Shown: positions 1 through 13,383, numbered from the whole stretch's first letter. The stretch is DNA of 63,276 nt, filler included, from Hausera hauseri (GCA_046269625.1; 9 parts of 9 records of this genome joined end to end with filler, not necessarily neighbours in it); one strand, 5' to 3'. The notes: generated by a model not told the origin, from the letters alone. Numbers and translations are program-made.

Positions 1-132
1 GAAAAAAACGAAAGAGTATTGCAGAGGATTCTATAAGAATAATAATAAAAGATTGTATTTAATCAGAAAATGAGACTAAATATCTCTAATAAAATCATCT
101 AAATAAACCATTTTCATCATCAAGATGTCAAT

Positions 133-3129
133 CTACTTTGAATTTGGTTCCTTTTCGTTTATACATTGAGTGTTATTATAACTTTTGCACAATGTACTAG
201 ATGGAAATCGTTTTATTCTCGAATGGAGCAAGAGTCTTTTTGATTTACCCCTAATTTCTTCCGATATATCTCGTAGTCCATTTTTCATTTTATAACTCTG
301 ACATGGTTTAGGAACCATATTCTGTATTGAAGCGACTGTAGGTCTATTAAGTCTTAAGTTCTTACAAGAAGATGAGAAATTTCCATATCGTGGACAGCTT
401 AAACTATTCTCCGTCGATTCATCTTCAAAGCAAACGCTTCTGCATTTATTACGTGATAAATTGCATAAACTTGATGATCCTGGCCTTGATTTTATCATAT
501 CCTGTAAGGCACATAAGTCCGATCTTTTATCATCATAACAACTCTGGATATTTTCCGTGGATCTTGATAAAGGTCTACATTGTCTCAAATAATTAAGCGT
601 TTTTTCGAAATCTGCCACTTGAAAGTTATTACTTGACCGACATTGAGGAATTTCATCGAAAAAGTCACACTTGTTTTTTCCCTTAAAACACAGAGACTTC
701 TCTTTAGTGCAGTCTTGAAGTTTTTCTCCAAGGCACTTAAGAATGCTATTGATTAGTTTTGGATTGCATTCATTTTGGTTTTTGGCACAATTTCCTAATA
801 TTGGACTATAATCATTGCACATTTTTTTATCAAATGTACTAACTAAGTCACACACTTTCTCGAAATCAGTAACACAGCATTTTGAATCACAGACATCATT
901 GACATATTCACAAAACGTTTTGGGAATGCATATCGTTTTACTACTCACTGGATCGCATTGTGATGAACACTGTTTGGCCAGTTTGGATAAAACGTCCAAA
1001 TAATGCTCACTAGCTGCCATTATACATTTCATTTTGTGAACCATTTTGGACATATCTTTACACTTATCATCGGTGTCATCAGATTCTTTACTGTCTGATT
1101 TTTCACTCTTCGATGATTTCGTTTTTGATGTCGACGTTGTAGTTGATTTTGTTGATGCCGACGCAACTGTTGATTGTGATGTATGCTGATTAACAGGATT
1201 GTGTTGTATAGACTTTTCAACAACGTTTGTAGATGCTTGTGTACTTGAAACTGAAGACAATTTCAAACCTGAACTCTCATTAGAACTATACTGAGATGAC
1301 TTTTCATCGAAACGTGTAGTAACAGTCAGATTCATGTTATCAGAAATATTGGGACTAAACTGAGATGTCTTGTTGTCTAGACAAGCTTTCATATCACGTT
1401 TCATATTACCACATAATGTCTTAATTTTTTTACTCTTTGAACTGGATGCAGTCAATGACCTTGTAGACTGGTTGGACTTTGATCCTCGTGAACTCTTTTT
1501 AGTCAGAGAAGAAATTGAACTGAATGATTTTGCATTTCTTGACACTCGCTTTTGTTCTGTGGATTTAGGCGACCGTTTGGTAAACCTGTTTATTGTATCT
1601 CGTACATCAGACTTACTTCGCAGTACGGGGAGTTTATCTAAACCAAATTTCGAACTATATTTTCTTAGGGAATTTGTCGGTATTGTGCTTCTTGGTGTAC
1701 TGCTTAATTTGGATTTTAACTTTAACGAAATTAGGTCTCTCCTACGAGGACTAACATTTTCACCAGATTCGACACTTGAAAATTCGGAAAGTTTTTGCAA
1801 AGATGTCGTTTGTTCGTCCTCAAATTTTGAACTTCCAAATGATGCAAGACTTTTCATTCTTTTTCTAATATCTGCAGCTTTAATGGTTTCCATTTCCATA
1901 GCACAACGTCTTGGAGCGCTGAAACATCTTGAATCTCCATCTTTATAAATTTGAGGTATAGCATCAGAGTCTTTTATTGAACTCCATTTGTTACTTTCAC
2001 TAAATCGTTTTAAGTCACTTCGGAGACTTTCCGTACTTTCATCAGTAATTTTGCTAAAAACTAATTTCACTGTGTCATTGCCTTCGGTGTTGTATTGGGT
2101 GCTTGTGTATTTTGATGTATCTTCGGATACGTCATCCGTACCACTAACAGTAGATACATCAAACGTCTCAGTTTTTCGAATTGTTGTCGTAGTAATAGAT
2201 GAACTTGATGAATAAACTGAAATTGATGGAGTCTGTAAACTTTCGGTGCTCAGATTTGATGGTTCGGAGTTTTTGAACTCAACGACTTCAATCAAAACGT
2301 CTCGATGTGTCGGTTGATTTGATGCATAAATTTCATTATTTATGACCGAACTTGATCTTTCGGTATCATCAGTTGTCGCCAACGTTGATCTTGCACTACT
2401 TATAGATGTTCGACTTCTTCTCGATTCTTCAGATTCATTAATTGTCGATAGAGTCGTTCTTAAACTGCTTGTTAAAGTTCTAGTATCCCCAGCTCTCTTG
2501 CTCCTAGATTCTTCTGATTCATAAATTGTTGATTGACTTATTTTGTCAGTATATGAAGATGTTTTACTATCATCAGCGACAGTCAAAGTATACATAGAAC
2601 TATGACTCGTTGTTCCTTTCTGAGAAGAAGTCAAAGGTGTACCGGAACTACTTGTTTGGACTGTTATTGAATAAGGAGTAGTAGTGAGATTTGAATAACT
2701 TGACTTTTTCGGACTACGAATAATAATTGAATAGTATTCTTCACGGCTTGATTCACTTGAATTTTCAACAAATGCACTTTGTTCGTCTGAAAGACTTTCG
2801 ATGCTGATCAACGTAACTTCGGATAAAATACTGTATTGTTCAGAATAATCTGACGATGATTTCATTAATTCGTTTTCGTGCACTTTAATTCGATTTACTT
2901 TTCTCGAACTGCTACTACCGTTGTTAAGCAAACGATGTAAATACAAATTGGGATTTTTCATAAACAACATTGTTTCATTTAATGGTTTTATTAAATCATT
3001 GTTTTCCATAATGTTTTGAAATAATTTGACTATTAAAGCTTTCCAAATTACTATCAGTAAAACCAGCTCGAATAACGATTTTATTGAACAATAAATTTTC
3101 ATCTGTTGTTTGAATGGATCTACCATCAT
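133..3129 (-). CDS. Uncharacterised protein, Ser/Thr-rich low-complexity middle and Cys-rich C-terminus; 5' end uncertain
   Basis: 998-codon open frame with no recognisable domain. Upstream overlapping minus-strand ORFs (2996-3283, 3280-3933, 3893-4210) may be frameshifted or spliced parts of the same gene. Confidence 0.55.
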   Translation of the reverse strand: MMVDPFKQQMKIYCSIKSLFELVLLIVIWKALIVKLFQNIMENNDLIKPLNETMLFMKNPNLYLHRLLNNGSSSSRKVNRIKVHENELMKSSSDYSEQYSILSEVTLISIESLSDEQSAFVENSSESSREEYYSIIIRSPKKSSYSNLTTTPYSITVQTSSSGTPLTSSQKGTTSHSSMYTLTVADDSKTSSYTDKISQSTIYESEESRSKRAGDTRTLTSSLRTTLSTINESEESRRSRTSISSARSTLATTDDTERSSSVINNEIYASNQPTHRDVLIEVVEFKNSEPSNLSTESLQTPSISVYSSSSSITTTTIRKTETFDVSTVSGTDDVSEDTSKYTSTQYNTEGNDTVKLVFSKITDESTESLRSDLKRFSESNKWSSIKDSDAIPQIYKDGDSRCFSAPRRCAMEMETIKAADIRKRMKSLASFGSSKFEDEQTTSLQKLSEFSSVESGENVSPRRRDLISLKLKSKLSSTPRSTIPTNSLRKYSSKFGLDKLPVLRSKSDVRDTINRFTKRSPKSTEQKRVSRNAKSFSSISSLTKKSSRGSKSNQSTRSLTASSSKSKKIKTLCGNMKRDMKACLDNKTSQFSPNISDNMNLTVTTRFDEKSSQYSSNESSGLKLSSVSSTQASTNVVEKSIQHNPVNQHTSQSTVASASTKSTTTSTSKTKSSKSEKSDSKESDDTDDKCKDMSKMVHKMKCIMAASEHYLDVLSKLAKQCSSQCDPVSSKTICIPKTFCEYVNDVCDSKCCVTDFEKVCDLVSTFDKKMCNDYSPILGNCAKNQNECNPKLINSILKCLGEKLQDCTKEKSLCFKGKNKCDFFDEIPQCRSSNNFQVADFEKTLNYLRQCRPLSRSTENIQSCYDDKRSDLCALQDMIKSRPGSSSLCNLSRNKCRSVCFEDESTENSLSCPRYGNFSSSCKNLRLNRPTVASIQNMVPKPCQSYKMKNGLRDISEEIRGKSKRLLLHSRIKRFPSSTLCKSYNNTQCINEKEPNSK

Positions 3130-4381
3130 ATAATTGACTTTCAGATTCTGTTAAAACATTTTTAATTTCTGGTTTATTTCCTCTTATTGTTTCATTTTTC
3201 TCCATTTTGCCTTCTTTACTGGTAATTACACCAATATGGCTCGCAATAACCACCGAAGGATGTACAGTGCATGGATCTTTCAATGGTATGTCACATATCT
3301 TACCCTCATTTTGATTTGATAAATTGGTTGCGTTTCGGACACTAGTAAAAAATTGGTTATATTAGTTACCACTCGAGAACGAATTTGACCTTTTGTTCGG
3401 TGAAGTGTAGTTCGTAAAAGAGGTACTTTTTTCTTTGATCGACTAATTTCAGTTTCTGCTACAAGTGCATATAATCTTTCCATAAAATTTTCAGTCTTGT
3501 TGAAATTACCTGTGTCGTTTTCGTCGTCATCGCTTAAAATCTGAAAATATTCATCCGATATTAATGACTTTTCATTTAAATCCAGGCAAATTTCGTTATT
3601 TTCCTTACAGGCACCATGTTCGGAAATTAAAGAAATATCTAATGAGGCATGGGCTGTATCTTCTTGGTTTAATGTACTTTCTAATTCTTGTAGTAAAATG
3701 CATTTGGCTTTTAATTTGGAGTTTAATATTTCGGTTGTTCTTTTGTCGATAGGGAATTCGATTTCTTGCATTGTCTTATCGAAGTAATCAGCAGAATTAT
3801 TTTCCTTTTCACTTGTTACCGTCTCTACAATGTACATGACTTCATTTTGACCACTGGGTGTGTCATTTTCCTTAGTACTTGAAAGAAATTGATCATAAAT
3901 CATAATTGTTTTCCTTTTCTCGTACATTTTCAATGGTATTATTCAAATCATTGAGGTTGTTGACAGATTTTACGTCTTCCTTGTTTGCAAAGTTCTTTTG
4001 TTCGATCGAGAAATTTAGAAAATTGGGGTTTTGACATTTCGATCTTAGATAATCGTCCGCAATGACGCACACATGCCTATCATACGAATCTAGATCAATC
4101 CTACTTTCTAAACTCGGTGGATACATATCCACAAAAACATCATCCTTGGTTGATACATTATAATTTTTCATCAATTTCTCCTTGAACATACGTTCTTTCA
4201 CACCAAACAAAAATTGATTTTCTACTAAATATTCATCAAGTATATTTTTAAAATCATCAAACTCATTCAGAGTATCTATTCGTTTTTCAGTCAGTATCTG
4301 TGTAATATGTTCGATGAAATTTCGAAAATTTTTAAGATTTTTCTTTCGTGCTTTTAGTTCTAAACGGATGGAAGGATCAAT

Positions 4382-4481
4382 NNNNNNNNNNNNNNNNNNN
4401 NNNNNNNNNNNNNNNNNNNNNNNNNTTAATTAATTAANNNNNNNNNNNNNNNNNNNNNNNNNNNNNNNNNNNNNNNNNNNN
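4382..4481. other. Artificial contig spacer (44N-TTAATTAATTAA-44N)
   Basis: Identical 100-nt spacer with stops in all six frames, also at 13284-13383, 17842-17941, 23732-23831, 30358-30457, 37746-37845, 52940-53039 and 57765-57864. Confidence 0.98.
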
Positions 4482-5021
4482 ATCATGGTAAAAGCCACTA
4501 AGAGAGCTATATATAAGATATTAGGAAATGCTAATACAACGGAAGAGGAATTGTGGACAGTGTTAATTATTGTAAAAGGGATTGTTAATTCCAGACCCAT
4601 TACTAGCACTGTAACGAACACCAAGGACGATATCATATTGTCACCAAATTATTTCATCATACCCGGTTATGATGGGAAGATTAATACCGAATTTAATAGT
4701 ACTAGTCAAAGTTTATCAGTAGCACCTTGGAGATATATGCAGAAATTGTCTAACGATTACTGGACAAGATGGATGGAAGAAATAACAATAGGGTATCGAA
4801 ATTGGCAAAACAAAAATATGAAAGCAGTAGAATTCGATATTGGAGACAAAGTTTGGTTATTAGAAAATGACTTCAAACAAAACCAATGGCAAATCGGAAC
4901 CGTCAGTCAATTATTTCCAGAGAAAGATGGTATTACAAGAGTCGTAGAAATTGATATCGATGGGAAGCTGACGGTTCGATCAGTAAAAAAGATATGTAAA
5001 GTTGAGAATGACATTAATTGA
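4482..5021 (+). mobile_element. BEL/Pao retrotransposon integrase C-terminus (DUF5641-like), 5'-truncated by contig end
   Basis: IVNSRPIT, LSPNYFII, WRYMQ..YWTRW, IGDKVWL, WQIGTV..LFPEKDGITRVVEI and RSVKKIC are typical of BEL/Pao IN tails. Confidence 0.9.
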
Positions 5022-6386
5022 GATACTAGTAATTAAAATGAACTAATATAAATATATAATAAATAAATATAGGGATATATAGTCAGGAATCATCATTTGC
5101 CTCTTGAAAATAATCTTAAATGAGTATAAAAATAATGCTATCATTCTGTTACTGGACAAACTGAGTAAACCAGATCCTTCTTAAGTTGTGGTATACGTTG
5201 TTTCTTCAAGAGTTAGTATCTTATGTATAGAAACTAAATGTTTCATTGGAGAATTCTTTCTATAATTAATGTAGATTGAGGTAGTTTTGACACAAATGCT
5301 TATAGTTCTTCTTTTTATCACTGGTTGAAGACTGTACGACTTCAAGAAGGAGGAAAATGTATACACTAAAATAATTAACTAAAGTAAAAGATGGGGAGTT
5401 GAGACGGCGGATGGTGGTGTGTACCGATGTGGGGGATATGACAGATTCAGATTTTACGCAACATCAAAATCCCAAAAATTCAACCAGATCATCGGAAGCT
5501 GATTGTATCATTTATGGAAGAAAAACTGAATGAAATTGAGTCAAATTTCAACTTGCGGATTATCAATTCTGTTGTGAACTATACGAATTGGGTGATAAAT
5601 ATTGACAAAACATTTCACCATGCCAATCAACGACTGGACAATGATTTATCCACACGATTACTGGACAATTTACTACGAGATGTAATAAATGGATTCTCCG
5701 AAATACGACCAGCTGTCCTGACTGTATCCGAAGCATTTTTCTGTATTTACAAAAACCGAAACCTACCAAAGAGGTTACATCATCTGTTGGGTAGCGTTGG
5801 CGTATCACTATCGAATATCGAAAATGAAAACAACGTTCGAGAAATATCCTATAAAAATTTTGACCTAGAAATAGCAATAACCGTAGTCCGATTTAATGAA
5901 TTTTGCAAAATCCTTTATCTGTCGAAAAATTTTAGAACGTTTTCTTCCGTGCGATACTTTCCTAGATATATTACATGATATTACATCATACTCAAATGAA
6001 ATTATTTTGTTATGTTCTCTTATTTTAGAAGATATATTTGTATTATACGATAACGTAATATGTCAGAAAATTCCCACAAATTTAATTATATTTTTGAATG
6101 ACTACAGATACATCATTCAAATCTGTTACTTATAGTACAATTTTCTATCTCGCAATGATAGCATTACAGGACTTCGTGATTTAAAATTGCAGCTCTCGCT
6201 TTTTGTTCAAAAGTTCGTAATTTTATGTAATTTATTGTATATAACACATACGGGCTATAAAATTTTGGCATTGAAGTCCTGTGTGAACTTTCTAATTATA
6301 TTTGTATATAATTTTTTGTTTTAATTGTTACCAAGAAAGAATTGTGAATGTATATAATAAATGCAATTAGTTTCCAAGTTTAATCA

Positions 6387-7163
6387 ATGAGTTATATTTC
6401 TTCTTCAAAAGTTATTCACCAATATCAAAAGATATTAAAGATAAAAATTAAAGGAATAAACCGAAGAAAAGATGAATTAAAGATGAGTAAATGTGTTATG
6501 CCGAGATCAACAATTGGCATCTCAGGTGGGACACTCTCGAAACCCAGGCCAGAGAAACCCATAGATTACCTCCCAGAACTACAAACAGAAATCTCCATTT
6601 GTCACTTAAGCAGAAGATTATCCCATGTTTGTTCCAATATACAGATATCATCTAATTATATTATTCAAAAAAGAAGTTTATTTATGTGTGTCAATGATAT
6701 TGAATTCATGAATACAATGAGTTCGAATAATTCAGGTTTGCTTCCTGACTATGAAAAGATTTATACAAAAAGTGAAATTGAAGAATTATATATACAGAAA
6801 AACGGTAAATTTTATGAAAAAGTCTTCCCAAAAAATGAAAAGATATATACTTGGATTATTGAAAATTTATATGATGTTTTTGAAGTATGCAATTGGTATG
6901 TTATTATTGAATTATTTGACTTCACCGATTATATTTATCTCAGCTACAGAATATCCATCCATGATTATTTTGAAAAGCCTACGTTTGATAGAATTTACAT
7001 AATGGATTCATTTTTGGATTACAGTGATCGTTCTGCGGAATTTGGTGTTGAATTGTGCAGTAGAAAAATTCAGAGTATGATTTTGCATTACAATGTAAAT
7101 GATTTATTCTTATCCGATGAACGTTTAATATACGAAGACATTAAAGCATATTTCGATTTGTAA
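6387..7163 (+). CDS. Hypothetical protein
   Basis: 258-aa ORF, no recognisable motif. Confidence 0.3.
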   Translation: MSYISSSKVIHQYQKILKIKIKGINRRKDELKMSKCVMPRSTIGISGGTLSKPRPEKPIDYLPELQTEISICHLSRRLSHVCSNIQISSNYIIQKRSLFMCVNDIEFMNTMSSNNSGLLPDYEKIYTKSEIEELYIQKNGKFYEKVFPKNEKIYTWIIENLYDVFEVCNWYVIIELFDFTDYIYLSYRISIHDYFEKPTFDRIYIMDSFLDYSDRSAEFGVELCSRKIQSMILHYNVNDLFLSDERLIYEDIKAYFDL

Positions 7164-7178
7164 TTCGAGTACAGAAAT

Positions 7179-9248
7179 TTGAGAATATTGGGTCATCGAT
7201 TTCTAGCAGTTCAAGTTTCAAATTTATTGTTACGACAAAAATTATTATATGAAATGGAGCACATTGAAGTAATAAATCGCATTGAAAAGCATTTTAGCCG
7301 ATTTATTACGAAATTCAACAACGACTGTTTAGATTTTGTTGAGTCTATTACGAAATTTGCACCAAAAACCGCTACTGAAAATGATGTAAACTTACTGATC
7401 TATGAAAAACTGCCTCCAAAAGCAGATACCATTTCAAATGAAATCGTAAATGAACAAATATCCGAGGTCCGAGAATTCATGTACAGACTACAGATTGACG
7501 ATAAACGTACAAAAGAGGAATCCGACGAAATTTTGCATATGTACTTAAATTCTGTTCAATCTCTGGAAGAAAAAATGATTCAAAGCAAAATCAAAATGCA
7601 AAAGAATCTCGAACAACGTATGGAAAACCTGCAGCATAATGTTAAGAACGATATCGTAAGTAAAACAGAAGATTTTGTAGAACGATTTTCTGTTTTCAAT
7701 GAAATGGTTTCGAAGATTTTTCTCAACCTAACGGAATCTGATCTAAATAATATCTCAACCAATTACAGGAACAACGTCAGGGAAATCAAAAGGAATAATA
7801 AAGTGGAATTAGAAAATCAAACCAACAGCATATTAGCTGAGCTGAAAAGCCGACGAAGCCAAGAATTTGAAGGATTGTTGAAAAATCATCAAGAGCGCAT
7901 GATGAAATTTGACGATCAAGGTCTAAAAATGTGTTTGGATCAAAGTGAACAATTCATTGAGGAATTGATAAAGTTGGAATGTGCTTTAAATGACGATTTG
8001 TGGAAAATGACGCAAAATTTGGATAAAAAGGAACTGGAAATCTACAATCAGTTACGCAATAGACTTTCACAAAGCTCGAATGAACAAGTTTTGGAAATGG
8101 AAAAATCCTTAGCAATTGAAAAAGGAAATAATTTAAATATAGATGAAAATACTATCGATAATATAATTACAAAATATCAAAAACGCCTCTGAGATATTCA
8201 GAAAAACAGTTCAAAGAAAATCAAAAGGATCAATTGTTGGAGCTAATGCGCTCAAAAGAAAAGAAAAATAAGATTTATTTCGACAATGTTATCAAAGGAC
8301 AGACACGAGAACAAGGAAAAGAAGAAATAATTATCGAAAAAGTTTTGAATGAGCACATGAAACTTCCAATCGACATGAAGAAAAAGATCGTCGCCGATAA
8401 CAAAGCTATTAAAATAAACATTACAAATCAAATGGAGTCAGCTAAGATACGTCAACAAAAACACGGAATTGTTGATTGCGAAACGACTGCAGCAGACTAA
8501 AGAGCCGAATTTGGAACAACTTGTCGATAAGAATCATGTACAACAATGCAATGAAATGATTCAGAAATTTGATGAGGAATGTCAAAAGATTTTGCTGGAA
8601 TATCGAGATCGTTTGGTTTTGGAAACGGTGGCTAAATTGAAAGAACAAAAAGGGTATATGTGTCGTTTAGTAGCAAAGCATCAGGTGAACTTTGCTCGTA
8701 AACAATATAAAAAGAAAAATATAATAAAACTCTATGAAGATCTTCTCAAAGAACTTACTATTCCTGCATTTAAAAACAATCTCCCTGCAGCCAAACAAAT
8801 AATTTCTCAATATGAAAATGATAAACATCATATCGAAGGTAATTTATGTGACTGGATTGGTATTGTCGAGGACAAATTAGTTGTTGATGTTCATACCGAT
8901 GAATTAAAATATAAACGCCGTGTCATTGAAAGTACATCGGTGTTTTCCATAAGAAGTATAACTGTATATGGTAAAAATGTCGTCGAGAAAAATGATGAAA
9001 AAACTTTTGGTGATACCTATGTGAATAGTAGAAATGTCGTTGAAGGAAATTCAAAATTTAATAAAGTCGAACAATTCTCAAAAGGTGGCATTGTCGGAAT
9101 CCATAATCCCACAATCGTTGAAAAGATTCACAGCCTTGTATGTGATTATAAAGGAGAAATTTTAGAGATTCGTTTCTACAGAGACAATTTCCCAATTTTT
9201 CCTGAAATTATTTTCAATAACCAATCGAATTCGAAATTGATATGTTAA
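7179..9248 (+). CDS. Coiled-coil protein split over three frames (7179-8192, 8234-8500, 8469-9248); frameshifted or pseudogenised
   Basis: Continuous E/K/Q/L-rich heptad-like composition across abutting or overlapping ORFs. Confidence 0.45.
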
Positions 9249-10895
9249 ATCGAACGAAGAGAAGGGAGTTAATCGTAGTGGGTACTTAGTGGATGTCAAT
9301 CCTACAAAATTAACTGAAAAACTTGAGAGCAACGTATTTTCATCAGGCAACACAATCAAAGTTAAGACTAAACCAGTTTATGGTAAAATTAGTGAAACGC
9401 CTTTGATAAATAGACAACTTTGTGTTGAATTTGAAAAAACAATTCCATGTATAAAAATTAAACAAAAAATGCTTACTAAAGAATCCACCGTGAAAAGGTA
9501 AGAGTTACGGAATTGATATATAATAGAACGACGATGGAAATTGGAGCTATAGAGATATTGCATTCTGTTTTTGATGAACACTAATTGCCAAATGGATAAC
9601 GTTTATATGTTTATACCAAATAATATTATACAGTTGGACGAAAGTTGGGAAGAAATGGAAAAGGTATTTGGTGGGTGTAAGTGGATTGGGAAAATAAGGA
9701 GCCGAGATATAAAGTGTGTGGAATACAATGTTGAATCGCAAGACGGTACTTGTGGAATATATTCTTGTTTGAGTTTGCTCATTTACACTACAAAACGAAG
9801 ACAGAAATTAGATGCAATGGATATTGAACGTGACATTGACGACGACCACGCATCAATAACTACAATTGGTGAAGTTGAGTGGTTTGGTATTATTGATCAT
9901 AAACTATGTGCTGGCATTGATAAGAGACGTAATGATTCTCGGCGATATTCTAATACGGATGATAACAAGTATGGGTTCAATCGCAGAAGGGAACCTTTCA
10001 AATCGAGAAAAATTCTGAGAATGTTAACGGCTCTCCTTAGAGCCACAAATGATGATTCTGATGGGGTTCCGAATCCCCTTAAAAAATTCGATATAATCTT
10101 TCTTTCAGCCGACACTAAAAGAGATTGCGAAGACGAGATCAAAATCTACCATTTTATGCGTACGAGAACCCAAACCAATGACAAAGAAATCCTTGGGTTT
10201 ATTTCTATTCGCATTAATTCGGACCGTGTCAAAAGTAATGAAATCATGACCAGGACTACGAAAGATCAGGTCAGAGGAAAGAATGAGCTAATAAACAAAA
10301 AAGTCAGTTCTTCTACATTGTTGTATATACTGTCGTTAGCCGTCTCCACTCTCCGCCTTAAATTTCCCTTTGATAATTACTGCGTTAAAACTTATTGGGG
10401 AAAATTACATAAACTTTGTATTATTGTTCTAGACCATACTAAAATAAATGTAAAAATAAGCTTATTCTCCCTCGAAAATTTGTCTCCGAAAGTAATTGAA
10501 CAAAGCATTAGATTTAACGTCTTCACGGACGCTTCATCATACTTATATCGCGCCAGACCCATAATAACATTACAACAGATAGTTGGAAAGATTAAAAATA
10601 AAAAGAGTAACCAACTACCTGTTAGAAGGTTTCATCCGTTAAATAAATACTATATAATTAAAACATTCTTGTACTTACTTCTAGAAAACAAAATAAACAG
10701 GCTCATTATGTGATCATCAGATATTTATACCGTTGTTTATGGTAGAAACATTGTAAATATTTATAAAAACACAACTAAAGTGGTTGTTTATTATGAAATT
10801 ACGGTAATTTATATTTGAGGAAAACACATTGTTGATAAATTAGTTGGATTAAGAACTTTAAATTTTGTTCTAACAAAACACCACTCATGTAGAGA

Positions 10896-11713
10896 GTGTA
10901 TGTACAATTTAGAACCAGAAATTCTGAATTTTTTCTAGAAATAAGATATGCAATTCCGCGACCTAATGATGCTTTAACTTCCATTAGGAAGCACGTTATT
11001 AGAATTGACAATACCAGCCAACATCTGCTAAAGTTAATGGATCAAGAAACCGTCGACGTTGTTGTAGGGTCTGTTAGAAACGTTATTAACCGCATGTGGA
11101 ACTATTTTGGGTGTAAAGTTGCAACATATGCTAATAAGAATGTTTCATTTAGGCAAGTGTATAAAGCCGATGAAACGAAATCAAATCCATTGGTAAAGTG
11201 TTTTGTGAAAATTACAGGGAACAAGTTAAGGATCAAGCCATCAATTAATGAGATTCAAGTCAACATTCAAAAAATTACTGCAACAATTCAAACTGATATG
11301 AAAAAAGTTACAAAATGGTCAAAGAAAGGAACATGGGGGACATTAGAAATCGACTTAAAAGACGTAACAACTGAAATGCAAAAGAATGCAAATATCATAG
11401 TAAAGGATCTGGACGATGATATAAACAGAGATGATAAGCCTAGAGAGAAAAAACTAACAAAAGAAAATTCCATAATAACTTCGACCAATGCTCAGAATGA
11501 AGCAGAATTAAAAAGTAGTCAGTTGATAGATAAAACTAAACCAAAGGCATTTATTCTTGCAAAAGGAATTGTCAAATTTATGGAGAATAAACCGTCTATG
11601 TATGATTTCCAGAACAAAATTAAAGAATTGGACGTGATGCGAGAACAATTCGAAAATGAGCTTCCTTATCATCTGATAGGACCATCTTTAATCGATACTA
11701 GTAAATTTAAATT
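10896..11713 (+). pseudogene. Axonemal dynein heavy chain (DNAH5/8-like) stem fragment
   Basis: PLVKCFVKITGNKLRIKPSINEIQVNIQK...VTKW and FMENKPSMYDFQNKIKELD...YHLIGPSLIDTSKFKL resemble remembered DNAH5 stem segments. No motor domain. Confidence 0.55.
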
Positions 11714-11725
11714 GTATGAAGAACC

Positions 11726-13283
11726 CCAATTAAGACAAATTATTGTAAAAATATACCAAGACCCACCAATTGTGGTTGACGTTAACAGAATAGAGACCAT
11801 CACTATGTTGAAGAGGAAGATATCCGAAAAATGCCACATGAGAATGGATAACGCTGTAATCATCTATAAAAATAAAAGATAGAATTGTGGCGAACCAATA
11901 CGGAGAATTCCACATGGGGAAACAATAAATATCAATTGTGGACTGAAAGGAGAAAGCATAAATAAAAACGAAGACTTCGAGAGTCGATTATTGGCCCAAG
12001 ACGGATTAATATACAAGTTAATAGTCCAGAGAAAATCGCTTATGAATAGTGGATTAACAGAAGATGAATTTCAATGTCAAAACAAAAAATACGATGAAAC
12101 CTTTAAGAAGTTATCTATGAAGATTAGCGCGTTGAAATTAATCGCAAGGAAATTGAAGAAAAAAGAAGAACTAGCAGAGTTGATCGACGAGTCAAAGAAC
12201 ATGGATATTCAAAACAAAGAAATAATAAAGATGATCCAAATGAAAAATCTTATGACGTTAGAAGACAAATCAGACTTGAAAACTCAAAATGAATATCTGG
12301 CATAAAAATTGAAACGTGTAGAGCTTCCGAAATTCGGTGGGAACGTTGCAGAATTTGAGAAATGGCGATAAATATTCAAAACGTACGTAGACAAAACATC
12401 GTTTTCTAGTATAGGCAAGCAGATCCAATTAGAAAATTGTTTATATGGAGAAGCAAAACGTTTAGTTCAAAGTTATGATCTCTCAGAAGATTCCTACAAA
12501 GCAGCAGTCGAAAAATTGGAACAATATTATTGAGGAAATCAGAGGAACTATGCTTTCCTCATGTCAGAAATTATGGAATTTCAGAAAATAAGTGTGCACA
12601 ATATCACAGAACTGGATTCCTTTGTTACGTTATTGGATTCGGTCATTGTAAGGTTGCAACATTTGGATCGTGAAATAGAGTTGAAAGGCGGTTTATTGTA
12701 TCAAAATTTAATCCAAAAATTACCCGAAATCATGATGTTAATGTGGGAGCGATATTGTAAAGATAAAGACAAAAAACGAAACGTACAAGACTTGAAAATA
12801 TGGGTAGAAAAAGAAGCAGATTTAAAACATATTGCTGCGGTAGGAGTCCATGGAATAAATGTTTTGATGCCGAACAAAAATAGACACCCTAATAGATCGG
12901 TGAATAATTCGTTTTTTACTATTAATAAGAAAGGAAAGGTAAGGTAACAGACGAAATTGGGTTTGGTATTAAAGAAAAAAGATATGAAAGAAATGATAAT
13001 TGTTGGAAGGGTAAAGCAAACCAACAAAGACCTTGCAAATATTTCCTAACTGGTAAATGTCGATTTGGTAAGTTATATAGGTTTCAACATGAAATGAGAG
13101 ATCAAAATAGTTATAAGAATACAAATCAGGAACTCTGCATATATTTTCAAAACGGAGATTGTAAATACGGTAAAAACTGTCGGTGCAAACATAGAGATTC
13201 CTCAATTACTTTTAAACGAGAAATCAATTACTCAAAGAATCTTGATAGAAAATTAGATAAAGACGAGAAATTTAAAACCTCCA
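11726..13283 (+). mobile_element. Decayed BEL/Pao gag (DUF1759-like) with N-terminal ubiquitin-like domain and downstream CCCH zinc finger
   Basis: One frame with in-frame stops: RQIIVKIYQDPPIVVDVNRIETITMLKRKI...INCGLKG (UBL), then KLKRVELPKFGGNVAEFEKW, CLYGEAKRLV, SYKAAVEKLEQYY, LIQKLP..W (BEL gag). CIYFQNGDCKYGKNCRCKH at ~13136-13192. Confidence 0.8.
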
Positions 13284-13383
13284 NNNNNNNNNNNNNNNNN
13301 NNNNNNNNNNNNNNNNNNNNNNNNNNNTTAATTAATTAANNNNNNNNNNNNNNNNNNNNNNNNNNNNNNNNNNNNNNNNNNNN

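Noticed and set aside
4382-4481. Recurrent TTAATTAATTAA palindrome as a biological repeat or CRISPR-like unit
   Set aside because: Always centred in exactly 100 nt with 44 N on each side; it is an artificial six-frame-stop linker.
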